Made by a program: the position numbers and the translations under genes. A DNA stretch of 64,000 nucleotides from Lama glama (taxonomy: Eukaryota). Shown piece by piece: positions 62,300-64,000 of the stretch (positions are counted from its first letter, which is position 1; the number at the start of each line of letters is the position of its first letter). The stretch covers positions 17,920,001 to 17,984,000 of the forward strand of contig CM052817.1 of NCBI GenBank assembly GCA_028534125.1. Reading direction: 5' to 3'. Under the pieces are notes generated by a model, which was given only the letters and a program-made list of their open reading frames with translations, had not been told where the DNA came from and made no database searches.

Positions 62300-64000
62300 A
62301 AGAATTGGAGGTATCACATGTTATAGAAGGCTTTGGTGGGCTATAGAGCTGAAAATGGAGATTGTGTGAAAATCTGTGTCAGGAGGTATTAGACCCCCAG
62401 ACTCTTCCCATCCTGTATATTCTGGTGACTCCTCGTCTCCAACAGGAGACAAGAGGTGTATATATTCATTACAGAACAGAATCAGGAAGGCTATGAACTC
62501 AGAGACCTCAGATATAGAGCTGAACAGGAACGAGGCACCATATTGAAAACAGAGGAAGTAAGTGAAAGTTGGCCAAATAGTGAGACTAATACCTCAGCCT
62601 TACTGCCATCACTGTGCCTGCCCAGCCTCCCCTTCTTCGCCCTCCACCAGCTTTAGGGCCCCAGAGAGAAGGCTAAAGGGAATTTGGAGAAACCTCACCA
62701 AAAAAGAAAAAGAAAGAAAGAAAGAAAAGAAAAGAAAGAAGAGTAGCTGGCTGGCTATAAAATTGCTTCACAGTGAAGCCCACCCCACTGGGTGCCCACT
62801 CCTTGCAGACAGAGCTTCCAGTCAGTTGTTCATTGCCTCAGTCCTAAACATGAGTGACCAGCCCAGGAGCTCCAGATATGTGAAATCTTGCAATTTGAAA
62901 GGCATAGCTCAAAACTAAAACAAACAAACGAACAAACAAAAAAATAAGGAAGAAGAAGTAGCCAATTTAGGGAATGAGTGCTTATCATGACCACTAATAG
63001 TTATTTCAGGTGTGAATTTACACCTACACTCACAAGATATAGTAGGCCATAACTTGTATGAGGTGCAAGTAGATCTGTAGAATGAAACAGGACAGAAAAC
63101 ATAGCGTGTCAGTATATCATGTAGATCTTCAGTGGGAGTCCTTACAGCCAACCAGAGGCTACTTCCCAGCCCCCACAAGGAATTCGTGCAGTTGGAAATG
63201 ACACGGTTACATGGCACAACACAGGGACGTCTCATATATAACAGGAACCATTTCTTGTAATGCACATGAGCATAGCTTCCAGGTCCTCTCAGGAGGCACA
63301 TCAGGCAGCTTAAGTCTTCTGTTTTCCAACACCAGGCAGCTAAGGCCTGTGTTTGCCAATAGATTTTTATAGTCTACTTACAGTCTTCCATTTCAGATGT
63401 AATTTACCAGTCAAGGGTCATATTTTTTCAGTAAATTACACTGCTTAGTAATATAGCTAGCTCTCCTCTCCACAATGACCCAGTACATTTTCAGGGCACC
63501 AGTGCTGGGAGAAAATAAACCCAAGGTTATAATCTTATAGACAAAGAGGTTAGCCTGTTGTTAACCATTTCTTCCCAATAGTAGATTTAAAGCAAACATT
63601 AATATTCTCAGAGAGAAGGTATTATTCATGAAACAAGAACAGAATTTCACTGAAACAATAAAACAAAACAATAGAAAATGAAAAATAACTTTTAGGAATC
63701 AAAAATACAGTATGCCAAAAATTTTTTAAAGATCAGGAGAAAGCCAAGGAAGTCTCTATCAGAAGACAGAGCAAAATCAAAAAGCCAAAGAGATCAAAAA
63801 TAAGAGAGAAAAGTTTTTTTTTTTTAAATAGAGGACCAATCCAGAAGGGTAAGCATCTGACCAATAGGAGTTCCAGAAAGAAAAACAGAGGTAAAAGAAT
63901 TATTAAAAATTTTAAGAACTGAAAGACAGGAATCTTCATTATGAAAAGGCCCACCTAGCACCCAATGCTATGAATGAAAGAAGACCCATACCAAGGCACC
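62300..64000 (+). mobile_element. HAL1 / ancient L1 ORF1-like remnant, interrupted at about 62960-63585
   Basis: agagcttccagtcag...aaacatgagtgaccagcccagg; ttaatattctcagagag..catgaaacaagaacag; agaggaccaatccagaag...aataggagttccagaaaga; gaaaaggcccac...aagacccataccaaggcac. Confidence 0.7.

Noticed and set aside
62915..63301. 128-aa minus-strand ORF
   Set aside because: No recognisable domain and it ends in a low-complexity repeat. Only the internal exon-like signal was kept as a finding.

Overview
Mammalian genomic DNA, very probably a camelid (alpaca/camel lineage), inferred from four tRNA-derived Vic-1-type SINEs and matching young L1 3' ends. It has three assembly gaps (6851-7350, 18756-18855, 33095-33594). 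The window holds the CpG-rich promoter and first eight coding exons of TBC1D19 on the + strand (12367-12465, 36564-36636, 37622-37667, 43477-43552, 54048-54122, 55241-55304, 56281-56327, 60152-60262). These splice through GT-AG introns into one open frame of 591 nt / 197 codons (MLQEESDLSLIIAQIVQKLKGSNLYAQLERQAW...KVKDIPEL); the gene continues beyond the window. Most of the rest is decayed transposon sequence (L1, L2, MIR, HAL1, ERVL/MaLR LTRs, hAT and Tigger elements). Repeat family names come from recalled consensus sequences and need RepeatMasker/Dfam confirmation. I found no new multi-gene biological system. The best leads are small-scale: an RFX X-box in the promoter; an 85-bp direct repeat bracketing in-frame exon 5; two tiny 5'-inverted L1s sharing an inversion junction; two non-TE inserts inside old retroelements, one carrying a complete antisense exon signature; and candidate poison exons or alternative splice sites.
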